Shown: positions 55,686-64,000 of the stretch, one piece after another | How positions within the stretch are numbered: position 1 is the stretch's first letter | How the letters are laid out: each line of letters opens with the position of its first letter | Assembly: GCA_963822445.1 (NCBI GenBank) | Contig: CAWGHO010000003.1 | Span: 192,001-256,000, forward strand | Direction: 5' to 3' | Source: an uncultured Acidobacteriota bacterium | GTDB lineage: Bacteria > Acidobacteriota > Thermoanaerobaculia > Gp7-AA8 | Length of the DNA stretch: 64,000 nt | Translations under genes and position numbers: made by a program | The notes under the pieces: generated by a model | Seen by the model: the letters and a program-made list of their open reading frames with translations, nothing else | What the model was told of the DNA's origin: nothing | Databases searched by the model: none

Positions 55686-56329
55686 ATGACAGTCGTTTCG
55701 GCCGGCACCCGCCTCGGTCCCTATGAAGTCGTCTCGCGCGTTGGCGCGGGAGGAATGGGGGAGGTCTGGAAAGCGCGGGACACGCGGCTCGATCGCAGTG
55801 TGGCCATCAAGATCCTTCCGCCCGGGCTCGCGGCGGACGCGCAGTTCAGGCAGCTCGTGCACGCCGACCGCAAGGACACCGGGACCGACGTCGAGATCAT
55901 GGATGGGAGCGGGAAGTTGCGCTCCTTCGTGCGATCGGACGCGGATGACCAGCCCGGTTCGTACTCGCCGGACGGAAAGTGGATCGCCTACTGGCCGGAC
56001 GAGTCGGGCCGCAACGAAGTGTACGTACGACCGCGGAGCGGCGCCGCAGGCCGATGGCAGATCTCGAATCGGGGCGGCACGATGCCCCGCTGGGTGCTCG
56101 ACGATGAGATCGCCTACCTCAACGGGACGAAGAGATCATGACCGTTCCGGTGAAGACGTCTCCGGTCTTCACCGCAGGCGCGCCGCGCGTTCTTCTCGAC
56201 GCAAACGCCTCCGACTTCGACCTTACCCGCGGTGGCCGGGTGTTGATCGTGGAAGCGCTCGATCCAGCCGCGGCGCAGGGGCGCTTGAACGTAGTGGTGA
56301 ACTGGTTCGAAGACATCCGGCGAAAGTGA
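55686..56329 (+). pseudogene. Ser/Thr kinase-PD40 gene with a large internal deletion and a frameshift
   Basis: LGPYEV..GAGGMGEVWKARDTRLDRSVAIK is joined directly to SPDGKWIAY..DESGRNEVYV. The tail LNVVVNWFE is in another frame. No HRD/DFG. Confidence 0.8.
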
Positions 56330-59151
56330 ACGGACACTTCCCCCTCCTGCTGCGCGTGCTCGTCGTCAGCGCTGTCCTGACGTCGTTGGCTCTGCCGTCC
56401 AGCGCCCTCGATCCACGGAAGCAGATGTCGCAGTATGTCCACGACACGTGGAACACGAACGGAGGCCTTCCGCAGGACTCGCCCAACGCCATCGCCCAGA
56501 CGCCGGACGGATATCTCTGGATTGCGACACAGGAAGGGCTGGCGCGCTTCGACGGGATGAGCTTCACGACGTTCGACTCGCACACGACGCGCGGCGCGCT
56601 GCAGAACTATGTGTATGCGCTGTTCACCGACCGCAAGGGCACGCTGTGGGTCGGCGCGTCGGGAGGTTTGCTCCGCTACGAGGGGCACGGCCGCTTCTCG
56701 CGGACGGAAAGCGAGGAGGCGTGGCCCGGACCGTCGGCGAAACAAGTCACCGAGGATGCGGACGGGACGCTGTGGATCGGGTTGGGAAGTGACGGCACGA
56801 GCGGCGCGAAGGGACTGGTCCGGTATCGCGGCGGCGTACGCGCGGTGCTGCGAACGAAGGACGGACTCTCTTCGGATGTCGTGTCGTACACAGCCTTCGA
56901 TCGCAACGGCAACCACTGGCTCGCGACGTCAAAAGGCATCGACGTCCTGGCCAAAGGAAAGGTCGTTCGCTCGTACACGACCGCCGACGGCCTGGCCAGC
57001 GACATCGTCCGCGTGGTGCTCGTCGATCGCGCCGGGACGGTGTGGGCGGGGACGGAAAGCGGCCTCAGTTTCCTGAAAAACGGCCGTTTTTCGACATTCA
57101 CCACCCGCGATGGACTGACTGACGACACGATCCTGCACCTCCTGGAGGACCGCGACGGGATTCTCTGGGTCGCGACGAGCCGGGGACTGAACCGGGTTGT
57201 GGACGGAAGGATCGAAACCGCACCGCCGCTCACGGGACTGGACGACCATCAGATCAGCACGCTGTTCGAAGACCGCGAAGGGAGTCTCTGGATCGGCACG
57301 CGGGCGGGTGGGCTGCACCGCCTGCGCAGCGCGAGGTTCACCGTCGTCGGGCAGCAGGAAGGACTCCTCGGAGAGATCGCCAACGGGTTGTTCGAGGATC
57401 GCTCAGGGCGGATCTGGGTCGGCGTATCGCCCGGCGGCGTGAACGTCTTCGAGGGCGGACGCTTCCGCGCGCTGCCGGCAGTTCTGCCGAATGGAGCGCG
57501 CACTTTTCACGAAGACGCTGACGGCACCATGTGGCTTGGCTCGCGCGCCGGTGTTCATGTTCTGCGGCAGGGCAGACTCGAAACCTTTCCTCTGGCGGAG
57601 GGAAGTCACGTCACGTTTCGCGATCGGCGCGGCGTGGTCTGGGTCGGAACGGGACGCGGCCTGCTGCGTTTCGAGAACGGGACGTTTGTCAAGGTTCCCA
57701 CGCCGCGTGGATTCCCGGGCGGGGTCCGGCTGATCTTCGAAGATCGCCGCGGGCGGCTCTGGTTCGCGGGAGGCGAGGGGCTGGCCTTTCAGGACGGCGC
57801 AGGGTTTCAGGTCGACCCGCGGTTCGCGAAGGCGAACCTGATGTCGGTCAGCGAAGACGCGGACGGCACGCTCTGGTTCGGCACGTGGAGTCAGGGGCTG
57901 CATCGTCTGCGCGATGGCCGCGTGACGCGATACACGACCGCGAGCGGCCTCTACGACGACGTCGCGTGGTCGGTGCTCGACGACGGGCGTGGTTATCTAT
58001 GGATGGGAAGCAATCGCGGGATCTATCGCGTGGCGAAGAAGGATCTCGACGACTATGCGGTGCGTCGCATCACCACGATCGCGTGCAAGGTCTACGGAAT
58101 TGCGGACGGCATGCGCCGGCGCGAGACGAACTGGGGAAATCCGGCGGCGATCCGCGCACGCGACGGGCGGCTGTGGTTCGGCACGACCGGCGGAGTGGTG
58201 ATCGTCGATCCGGCCGCCGTGGGGATCAATCGCAATCCGCCGCCGGTCGTGCTCGAGCGATTCGTTGCCGACGATGCCGAGGTGCCGATGGGGAAGCGGG
58301 CCGTGCTCGCGCCGGGAACGCGCAACCTCGAGATTCATTACGCGGGCCTGAGCCTCGTTGCGCCCGACAAGATCCGCTATCGCTATCGCCTCGACGGCTA
58401 CGACGAGCGATGGATCGACGCGGGCTCGCGGCGGACCGCGTTCTACACGAACGTTGCACCGGGCACGTATCGCTTCCAGGTCATCGCAGCGAACGAGGAC
58501 GGCGTGTGGAACGAGACCGGCGCGTCGCTGGAGTTCCGTCTGAAGCCGTACTTCCGGCAGACGGGCTGGTTCTACGCGCTCGTGGTCGCCGCGCTGATCC
58601 TCTTCGGCGTCGCGTTGAACGCCTTGCGCGAGCGCCAGCGCCGCATTCGCCATCAGGCGTTCCACGATCCGCTCACCGGCCTGCCGAACCGCATGGAGCT
58701 CGATCGGCGCGCGACGCTCGCCCTCGGGGCGGCGCAGAAGCAGCGGCGATCGATCGCCATCCTCTTCCTCGACCTCGACGGCTTCAAGCGCGTCAACGAC
58801 ACCTACGGCCACGCCAGCGGAGATCGTCTTCTGCAACTGGTGGCGGCGCGCTTTCGCAGTTGTCTCCGCGACGCCGACGTGCTCGCGCGCATCGGCGGCG
58901 ACGAGTTCGCGGTGCTCGTCGATGCGATCGAGCATCGAGCCACCGCGTCCGACATCGCGTGCCGCGTCATCGACGCCGTTCGCGAACCATTCGTCGTCGA
59001 TGGCCATCCTGCCGCGATCGGCGTGAGCATCGGCATCGCCCTCCATCCCGGCGACGGCGACGACGTACGAACGATCCTGCTGGCCGCCGACCGCGCGATG
59101 TATCGCGCGAAGGTGGTCGGGAACACGTTCCGGTTCCACTCGGAAGAGTGA
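56326..59151 (+). CDS. Sensor diguanylate cyclase: beta-propeller + Y_Y_Y + GGDEF
   Basis: Signal peptide from GTG 56326, Reg_prop repeats, YTNVAPGTYRF, a TM helix, HDPLTGLPNR, DLDGFKRVND, RIGGDEF. Confidence 0.92.
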   Translation: MNGHFPLLLRVLVVSAVLTSLALPSSALDPRKQMSQYVHDTWNTNGGLPQDSPNAIAQTPDGYLWIATQEGLARFDGMSFTTFDSHTTRGALQNYVYALFTDRKGTLWVGASGGLLRYEGHGRFSRTESEEAWPGPSAKQVTEDADGTLWIGLGSDGTSGAKGLVRYRGGVRAVLRTKDGLSSDVVSYTAFDRNGNHWLATSKGIDVLAKGKVVRSYTTADGLASDIVRVVLVDRAGTVWAGTESGLSFLKNGRFSTFTTRDGLTDDTILHLLEDRDGILWVATSRGLNRVVDGRIETAPPLTGLDDHQISTLFEDREGSLWIGTRAGGLHRLRSARFTVVGQQEGLLGEIANGLFEDRSGRIWVGVSPGGVNVFEGGRFRALPAVLPNGARTFHEDADGTMWLGSRAGVHVLRQGRLETFPLAEGSHVTFRDRRGVVWVGTGRGLLRFENGTFVKVPTPRGFPGGVRLIFEDRRGRLWFAGGEGLAFQDGAGFQVDPRFAKANLMSVSEDADGTLWFGTWSQGLHRLRDGRVTRYTTASGLYDDVAWSVLDDGRGYLWMGSNRGIYRVAKKDLDDYAVRRITTIACKVYGIADGMRRRETNWGNPAAIRARDGRLWFGTTGGVVIVDPAAVGINRNPPPVVLERFVADDAEVPMGKRAVLAPGTRNLEIHYAGLSLVAPDKIRYRYRLDGYDERWIDAGSRRTAFYTNVAPGTYRFQVIAANEDGVWNETGASLEFRLKPYFRQTGWFYALVVAALILFGVALNALRERQRRIRHQAFHDPLTGLPNRMELDRRATLALGAAQKQRRSIAILFLDLDGFKRVNDTYGHASGDRLLQLVAARFRSCLRDADVLARIGGDEFAVLVDAIEHRATASDIACRVIDAVREPFVVDGHPAAIGVSIGIALHPGDGDDVRTILLAADRAMYRAKVVGNTFRFHSEE

Positions 59152-59163
59152 GCCGCGCCGGTC

Positions 59164-61095
59164 TCAATCACGGAACGCCGTGGCCCCGTTGGCGAGCGAC
59201 AACATCGCCGCGGCCAGAACGAGCCCGTGTGCGGGCGCCTGATACGACGGGGTGAAGACGAAGAAAGCGGTCACGTCGATGATGGAGAGGATCATCGCTC
59301 GCGCCGCGACCGCGGCGAGAAGTCCGATGACGACGAGCATCAGCGTTGAACCGCGTCTCCACGGTGCGCTCAGGCAGAACAGAAGCATGGCCGCCACGAA
59401 GAAGATGGGGCAGGTCCACTGGTAGGCGCGACCGATCATCGCCAGCGCGCGCATGCGGAACGAATCCATGGGGTGAAGAGCGGGTGGGCCGGATACCGCG
59501 ACGGAGTATCGCTCCACCGACATCCGCATCTCGGGGCTCACCGCGACGGGCGACTCGATTTTCAGCGGAATCCTCTCGATGCGCCGGCCCCGCAGCGAAA
59601 CGACGAGGTAGTGATGGTGCGCCGGCACGCGGAGCTCGAATCGCGTCGAACGATCCGGACTCGCGAGGCGCGCGATTCTCGCCTCGGGGACGGCGCGGCC
59701 ATCCTCGGCTTCGATGATCAGTTCGACCGGGCCCTCGCGGTGAAACAGGGAGCCGGTGAGGTGCAGGGTCACGGTCTCCTCTCTCGGCGCGAGCGGCGTG
59801 TGCGTGAGCTCGTAGTCGCGGAGCTCCACCGGCAGGCCCTGGGTGTAGTGACGGGCCAGCACGAAGTCGGCGAAGGCGACGATGCGATACAGCGCGCGGG
59901 CCCACGTTCGTGCGATCTGCCTTCGCTGCCCTTTGAGGACGGGAGGCATGAGCGTGGCGCGGACGCCTCGCGTCTCGAGTCGTCCCGCACGGCTCGCTGC
60001 CTCGACCTCACGCGTGATGCGATCGTAGTACGCGCGAACCGCGGAGCCGCCGCGATCGTAGTAGCCGGCCTTCTGCACGGCCTCGCGGAATGCCCACATG
60101 AACGATGACCCGCCGATGTCGCCATCTCCCAGTTCGCCGGAGACGCGCGCCCAGCGTTCGCCGACCTCCCCTTCGAGGAAGGGCCGAAGCTCGCCGAAGG
60201 CAGGGCTGACCGCGTACACGCGTTCGCGAGTCTCCCTGGGCATCGGCATCCGTGGCCGCGTCGGATACTGGCGCACTCCGGTCATCGTTCCGTATGCGCG
60301 GACGAATGACGTCTCCTTGAACTCGACGACTGCCCAGATCCCGTAGCGCATTCCGTTCGCTACGACCAGTGCCCCGTGCGCGAGCGCGAACATCGCCACC
60401 GGAACGCTCGCCATCACGAGCGTTCGCTTCCATCCGGCACGCAGCAGAAGGGCGAGCAGCACGCAGGCCGCGAAGGGCACGATCCACACGCCTTCTTCGC
60501 GGATGTGCCAAAAGACGGCGAGCGCGACACCGCAGAGAATCAACCAGGGGACAACTCGCGCGGTGGGACGGTCGATCCGGAACAGCGCCCCGGCCGCGCC
60601 GGCGACGATCAGCAGCGCCATCGAGGAGGTGAAATGCTCGCGCGACACGATGCTCGGCAGATCGTCCGCAAAGGTCATGGGGTTGAACACCACGACCACG
60701 AACAGCGCCAGCCTCCAAAGCGGGGAGCGAATCAACGGCGCGACCGCCCTGACGAGGATGAAGGCAGCGATCACGTACAACACCTGTTGAGCAAAGAGCA
60801 GCGGAACGTGCAGTGACGACGTGAACGCGATCCACAGCGGATAGGCCGGACCCTTGATCAGCGTCAGGTGGTCGTACGGTCCGAGCCAGTGCCCATCGAG
60901 GATGGAGCGGGCTTTCCGCAGGAACCAGAGGTCGTCGTAACCGGCGAAGCTGAAGGCGGCGACGCGCCAGAATGCGACGAGCCACAACTTCGTGATCGCG
61001 GCGGCGACGATGCCGAGGATCTCGAAACGCCGCGCGGCGGAGCTCACGGGCAGGAGTATAGAAGCGGGACCGCGGCGGCCTTGTGGCCGAATCAC
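59164..61095 (-). CDS. Polytopic membrane protein, possible GT-C glycosyltransferase
   Basis: TM1 followed by a YDD acidic motif, TLIKGPAYP, multiple TM helices, IREEG.W and a large periplasmic loop. Confidence 0.6.
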   Translation of the reverse strand: MIRPQGRRGPASILLPVSSAARRFEILGIVAAAITKLWLVAFWRVAAFSFAGYDDLWFLRKARSILDGHWLGPYDHLTLIKGPAYPLWIAFTSSLHVPLLFAQQVLYVIAAFILVRAVAPLIRSPLWRLALFVVVVFNPMTFADDLPSIVSREHFTSSMALLIVAGAAGALFRIDRPTARVVPWLILCGVALAVFWHIREEGVWIVPFAACVLLALLLRAGWKRTLVMASVPVAMFALAHGALVVANGMRYGIWAVVEFKETSFVRAYGTMTGVRQYPTRPRMPMPRETRERVYAVSPAFGELRPFLEGEVGERWARVSGELGDGDIGGSSFMWAFREAVQKAGYYDRGGSAVRAYYDRITREVEAASRAGRLETRGVRATLMPPVLKGQRRQIARTWARALYRIVAFADFVLARHYTQGLPVELRDYELTHTPLAPREETVTLHLTGSLFHREGPVELIIEAEDGRAVPEARIARLASPDRSTRFELRVPAHHHYLVVSLRGRRIERIPLKIESPVAVSPEMRMSVERYSVAVSGPPALHPMDSFRMRALAMIGRAYQWTCPIFFVAAMLLFCLSAPWRRGSTLMLVVIGLLAAVAARAMILSIIDVTAFFVFTPSYQAPAHGLVLAAAMLSLANGATAFRD

Positions 61096-61222
61096 TCCGG
61101 GGAGAGTTCTCGACGCCTTGCCCGGATTCGCGACAACAAGACTTCGTTACCGGGTCGTGACGCTCAAGGCGAGTCCAAACCAGCTACCGTCGTCCGAAGC
61201 CGCGATCTTCGGGACAAACGAA

Positions 61223-62280
61223 ATGACTCGAGCACTCCTCGCCCTGCTTCTCATCCTCGGACAATTTCCTGTCGCCGCCGCCACGCGCCGGCGAGCGGTG
61301 CAACATCCGTCACCGCCCGTCCCGCCAGCGGCCATCGTGGCGGCCGCAACTCAGGTCGCCGAAGCTGCATTGAAGGCGGGCGTTCCGGCGGTTCAGATCG
61401 CGGTGTCCGAGCGCGGACGGATCATCTACTCAGAAGCATTCGGCCTGACCGACAAACTCAGTGCGACCGCGGCAACACCGAAATCCGTGCTGCAGATCGG
61501 CTCGATCACGAAGCAATTCACTGCAGCGGCGATTCTCCGGCTGGCCGAGCGCGGGGCTCTGACCCTCGACGATCGCATCGAGAAACACCTTCCGGAGTTC
61601 AACCCCCGAGGAGCGACGATCACGCTGCGGCAGCTCCTCACTCACACTTCGGGAGTTCGTCGCGAGTGGTTCCCACCCGGGCCGCCGGGGATCAACCTCA
61701 TTGCGCCGGTCACCCGTGAGCAGACCATCCAGGGCCTGAACAGCGGGCAACTGCTCGATTCCACGCCCGGCACGAAGTGGAGCTACAGCAACGCCGGCTT
61801 CATGCTGCTCGGCCTGGCGATCGAATCGATCACGGGTACGTCGTACGCCGATTTCATCCATACCGAGTTCGCGTTGCCGCTCGGGCTCCTCGACACCGGC
61901 GTGTGCGGAACGTCCAACCTGCCGGTGCCTGAAGGTTACGGCCTGTCCGGAGCGACGTGGACGCGAATGCCGGCGTTCCATCCGACGGTGATCCTGTTTT
62001 CCGGTTCGCTTTGCTCGACTGCATCCGACCTCGCCCGCTGGGCGCACCTCCTCGCAACCGGCCAAGCCATCCTGCCTGATTCGTACGCGAAGATGATCAC
62101 CCCCGCACGGCTCGCGAACAACGTCAACGTGCTTTACGGACTCGGCCTGGACGTGAAGAACGTGCTCGGGCGTCCGGCCGCGGCGCACGGCGGCTCCGTG
62201 TGGGGCTTCGAGAGTTTTCTCCTCTATTTCCCCGAACAGGAGATCGCCGTGGCGGTCATCACGAATGCGTTCCCCGGACC
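61223..62280 (+). pseudogene. Serine hydrolase (beta-lactamase class C/PBP family), 5' part, interrupted by IS110
   Basis: Signal peptide, IGSITK (SxxK), LLTHTSG, YSN, HGG. The frame continues at 63734 after the IS. Confidence 0.88.
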
Positions 62281-62366
62281 AGATGAGATGAGAAGGCCAA
62301 CCTCCCACGCAGTCGCAGGAATCTGCGCTGCAAGGAATGCGTCGAGCGCAAGAAAGGAGATTGGCC

Positions 62367-63473
62367 GTGAAAAAGTCTACCAGCGTCGTCACGTGTACGA
62401 GCATGCAGAGCAATATCCGTGAAGCCGAGGTGATCGGGATCGATCTTGGAGATCGCGCATCGCACTTCGTGGGTCTGAACAGAAGCGGCGAAGTAGTGGC
62501 CACAGGAAGGGCGACGACGACAGCGACGGCGATCGCCAACGAGTTCGGCGCGATCGGACCAAAGTTGATCGCCATCGAGACAGGTACCCACTCTCCTTGG
62601 GTCTCGAGACTGCTCACGCAGTTGGGCCATCGCGTAGTCGTGGCCAACTCCCGAAAGCTTCGTCTGATCTACGAAAACCGCCGCAAGAACGACCGCGTTG
62701 ACGCCGAGTACCTGGCACGGCTGGTGAGGATGGACCCGAAACTGCTCGAGCCGATCACGCATCGTTCCGAGCGCGACCAGCAGCATCTGGCACTTCTGCG
62801 TTCGCGCGACAAGCTGGTGCGGACTCGCACAGGTCTGATTACGCATGTTCGGGGCACGGTCAAGTCGATCGGTCTGCGGCTGCCGGCTTGCTCTGCAGAG
62901 GCGTTCGTAAGTCGGGCGATGCCTCTGATCCCGAAAGAGCTGAAAGCTGCTCTTGACCCTGTTCTTCGCAACGTCGAGCAGCTGAACAAAGACATCGCCG
63001 GCTACGACCGCAAGATCGAGCAACTCGCCAGGACCGAGTACCCGGCCGCGAAGCTGCTCATGCAGATCACCGGTGTGGGACCCGTGACGTCGGTGGCGTT
63101 CGTGGTCACGGTGGGCGACCCGGGCCGGTTCAGGAAAAGTCGCACGGCGGGAGCGTGGGTCGGTCTCACGCCGGGCCAATCCGCCTCGGGTCAGCAGGAC
63201 CCCCAGATGAGGATCACCAAAGAAGGAGACAACTATCTGCGACGGCTACTGGTCAGTTGCGCGCAGTACATCCTCGGGCCGAATCGACCAGACTCGGATC
63301 TGCGCCGGCACGGGTTGGCGCTGGCGGCGCGAGGCGGAAAGAACGCGAAGAAACGAGCCGTGGTCGCGGTCGCACGAAAACTCGCGGTGCTCATGCACAG
63401 GCTGTGGCGTACGGAAGGCGTGTACGAACCTCTGTTCAACGCCAACAGGAGTGCCGAGCACTCAGCAGCTTGA
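62367..63473 (+). CDS. IS110-family DEDD transposase/recombinase
   Basis: GIDLG, AIETG, KNDRVDA (DEDD RuvC-like) and ITGVGP, GLTPGQSASG, KEGDNYLR, AVARKL (Tnp20). RBS AAGGAG before GTG. Confidence 0.95.
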   Translation: MKKSTSVVTCTSMQSNIREAEVIGIDLGDRASHFVGLNRSGEVVATGRATTTATAIANEFGAIGPKLIAIETGTHSPWVSRLLTQLGHRVVVANSRKLRLIYENRRKNDRVDAEYLARLVRMDPKLLEPITHRSERDQQHLALLRSRDKLVRTRTGLITHVRGTVKSIGLRLPACSAEAFVSRAMPLIPKELKAALDPVLRNVEQLNKDIAGYDRKIEQLARTEYPAAKLLMQITGVGPVTSVAFVVTVGDPGRFRKSRTAGAWVGLTPGQSASGQQDPQMRITKEGDNYLRRLLVSCAQYILGPNRPDSDLRRHGLALAARGGKNAKKRAVVAVARKLAVLMHRLWRTEGVYEPLFNANRSAEHSAA

Positions 63474-63730
63474 GAACCAGGTAGAACCGATCAGCAAAGA
63501 AAGAAACTCGACTCGATCCCTCATCCGGGTGACTGCGAGCGGCGGCTTGGTCGGCAGCGATGCCAGACCGTGGACCAGATGGCAGCACCCAGTTGAATCG
63601 GACCTCAGCATGCACCGAGCTCGATCGAGCTCACCAAGAGTGCGAATGGAAGCAAGGTCAGGACGAGCGGCGAGAGACAAAGGAGGGCGGCGCCACGTCG
63701 CCGCCCCTTGACAGGATCAGGCCTTCTCAT
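63474..63730 (+). ncRNA. Putative bridge/seek RNA region of the IS1111-type element
   Basis: ~255-nt non-coding region downstream of the transposase. Contains matches to both strands of the target (GGCGGCT 63541, GGACCAG 63572) and of the donor junction (CTCATC 63520, ATGGAAG 63646). RNA boundaries unknown. Confidence 0.75.
63708..63713 (+). promoter_or_regulatory. Outward-facing -35 hexamer TTGACA at the IS right end
   Basis: Consensus TTGACA 20 nt from the right end, in the position expected for a circle-junction promoter. The junction -10 is weak (GAAGAT). Confidence 0.6.
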
Positions 63731-63733
63731 GGA

Positions 63734-63797
63734 AGCCGCCTACAGGCCACACCTCCTGGCCGCCGCCGTGGCGCAAGCCGCGCTCCCCGCGCAGTAG
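63734..63797 (+). pseudogene. 3' remnant of the IS-interrupted serine hydrolase
   Basis: Joining 62280 to 63734 reads ...NAFPGP-AAYRPHLLAAAVAQAALPAQ* in frame. Confidence 0.85.
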
Positions 63798-63821
63798 CGA
63801 CCATTAGCACGGGAATCGCGC

Positions 63822-64000
63822 ATGACTGCCATGGACGTTTTCTCGATCCGATCGCTCTCCCGGTGCTTCGCTATGGCGCTCGCCGCGACGATCGTCGCCG
63901 GCTCCGCGCTCGCGGATCAGCGAGTCATCGTTCTCCTTCAGCCATCGCAAGGCGCGCGATCGCAAGCCGCAACGATCGATCGCAACGCGCCGCGCATCTA
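63822..64000 (+). CDS. Partial secreted protein running off the window end
   Basis: MTAMDVFSIRSLSRCFAMALAATIVAGSALA-DQRVIVLL: signal peptide, open to the end of the window. Confidence 0.55.
   Translation, partial: MTAMDVFSIRSLSRCFAMALAATIVAGSALADQRVIVLLQPSQGARSQAATIDRNAPRI

Larger units (their letters stand above)
62281..63733 (+). mobile_element. IS110-family element, IS1111 group
   Basis: Perfect 11-bp subterminal inverted repeats ATGAGAAGGCC (62288-62298) and GGCCTTCTCAT (63720-63730), 7 and 3 nt from the ends. AG core at both junctions. Excision restores the interrupted ORF. Confidence 0.92.

Noticed and set aside
55723-56325. 200-aa N-terminal extension of the GGDEF ORF
   Set aside because: It is an alternate frame of the kinase remnant. 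The signal peptide begins at GTG 56326.

Overview
High-GC bacterial DNA. The protein styles (IPTL-CTERM DUF11 protein, zf-HC2/TPR/CHAT/ECF cassette, kinase-PD40 remnant) suggest an Acidobacteriota-like organism, which is an inference. No rRNA, tRNA or CRISPR array was seen. From left to right: (1) an oxidase operon encoding a multicopper oxidase, a di-heme cytochrome c, a GMC oxidoreductase and a DUF4331-like protein; (2) a DUF11 surface protein, a CreBC/ChvIG-like two-component pair with creD, a sensor diguanylate cyclase, a MocR locus, a PQQ sugar dehydrogenase and an ABC/M1-peptidase fusion; (3) a minus-strand cassette encoding an ECF sigma, a zf-HC2 anti-sigma, a metacaspase and a CHAT protease; (4) divergent from it, a ~12 kb plus-strand cluster encoding an 84-aa peptide, YcaO, DJ-1/PfpI, a CxxC membrane protein, a tyrosinase, a LodA/GoxA-type CTQ oxidase, a small beta-barrel protein, a LodB-type flavoprotein, a cupredoxin and a second multicopper oxidase. 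This is the best candidate for an undescribed system; (5) a decayed, frameshifted region with apparently acquired secreted-protein genes; (6) an IS1111-type IS110 element interrupting a serine hydrolase gene, whose downstream non-coding region carries readable target- and donor-matching guide segments (bridge/seek RNA). All family assignments come from motif recognition by eye, not database searches.
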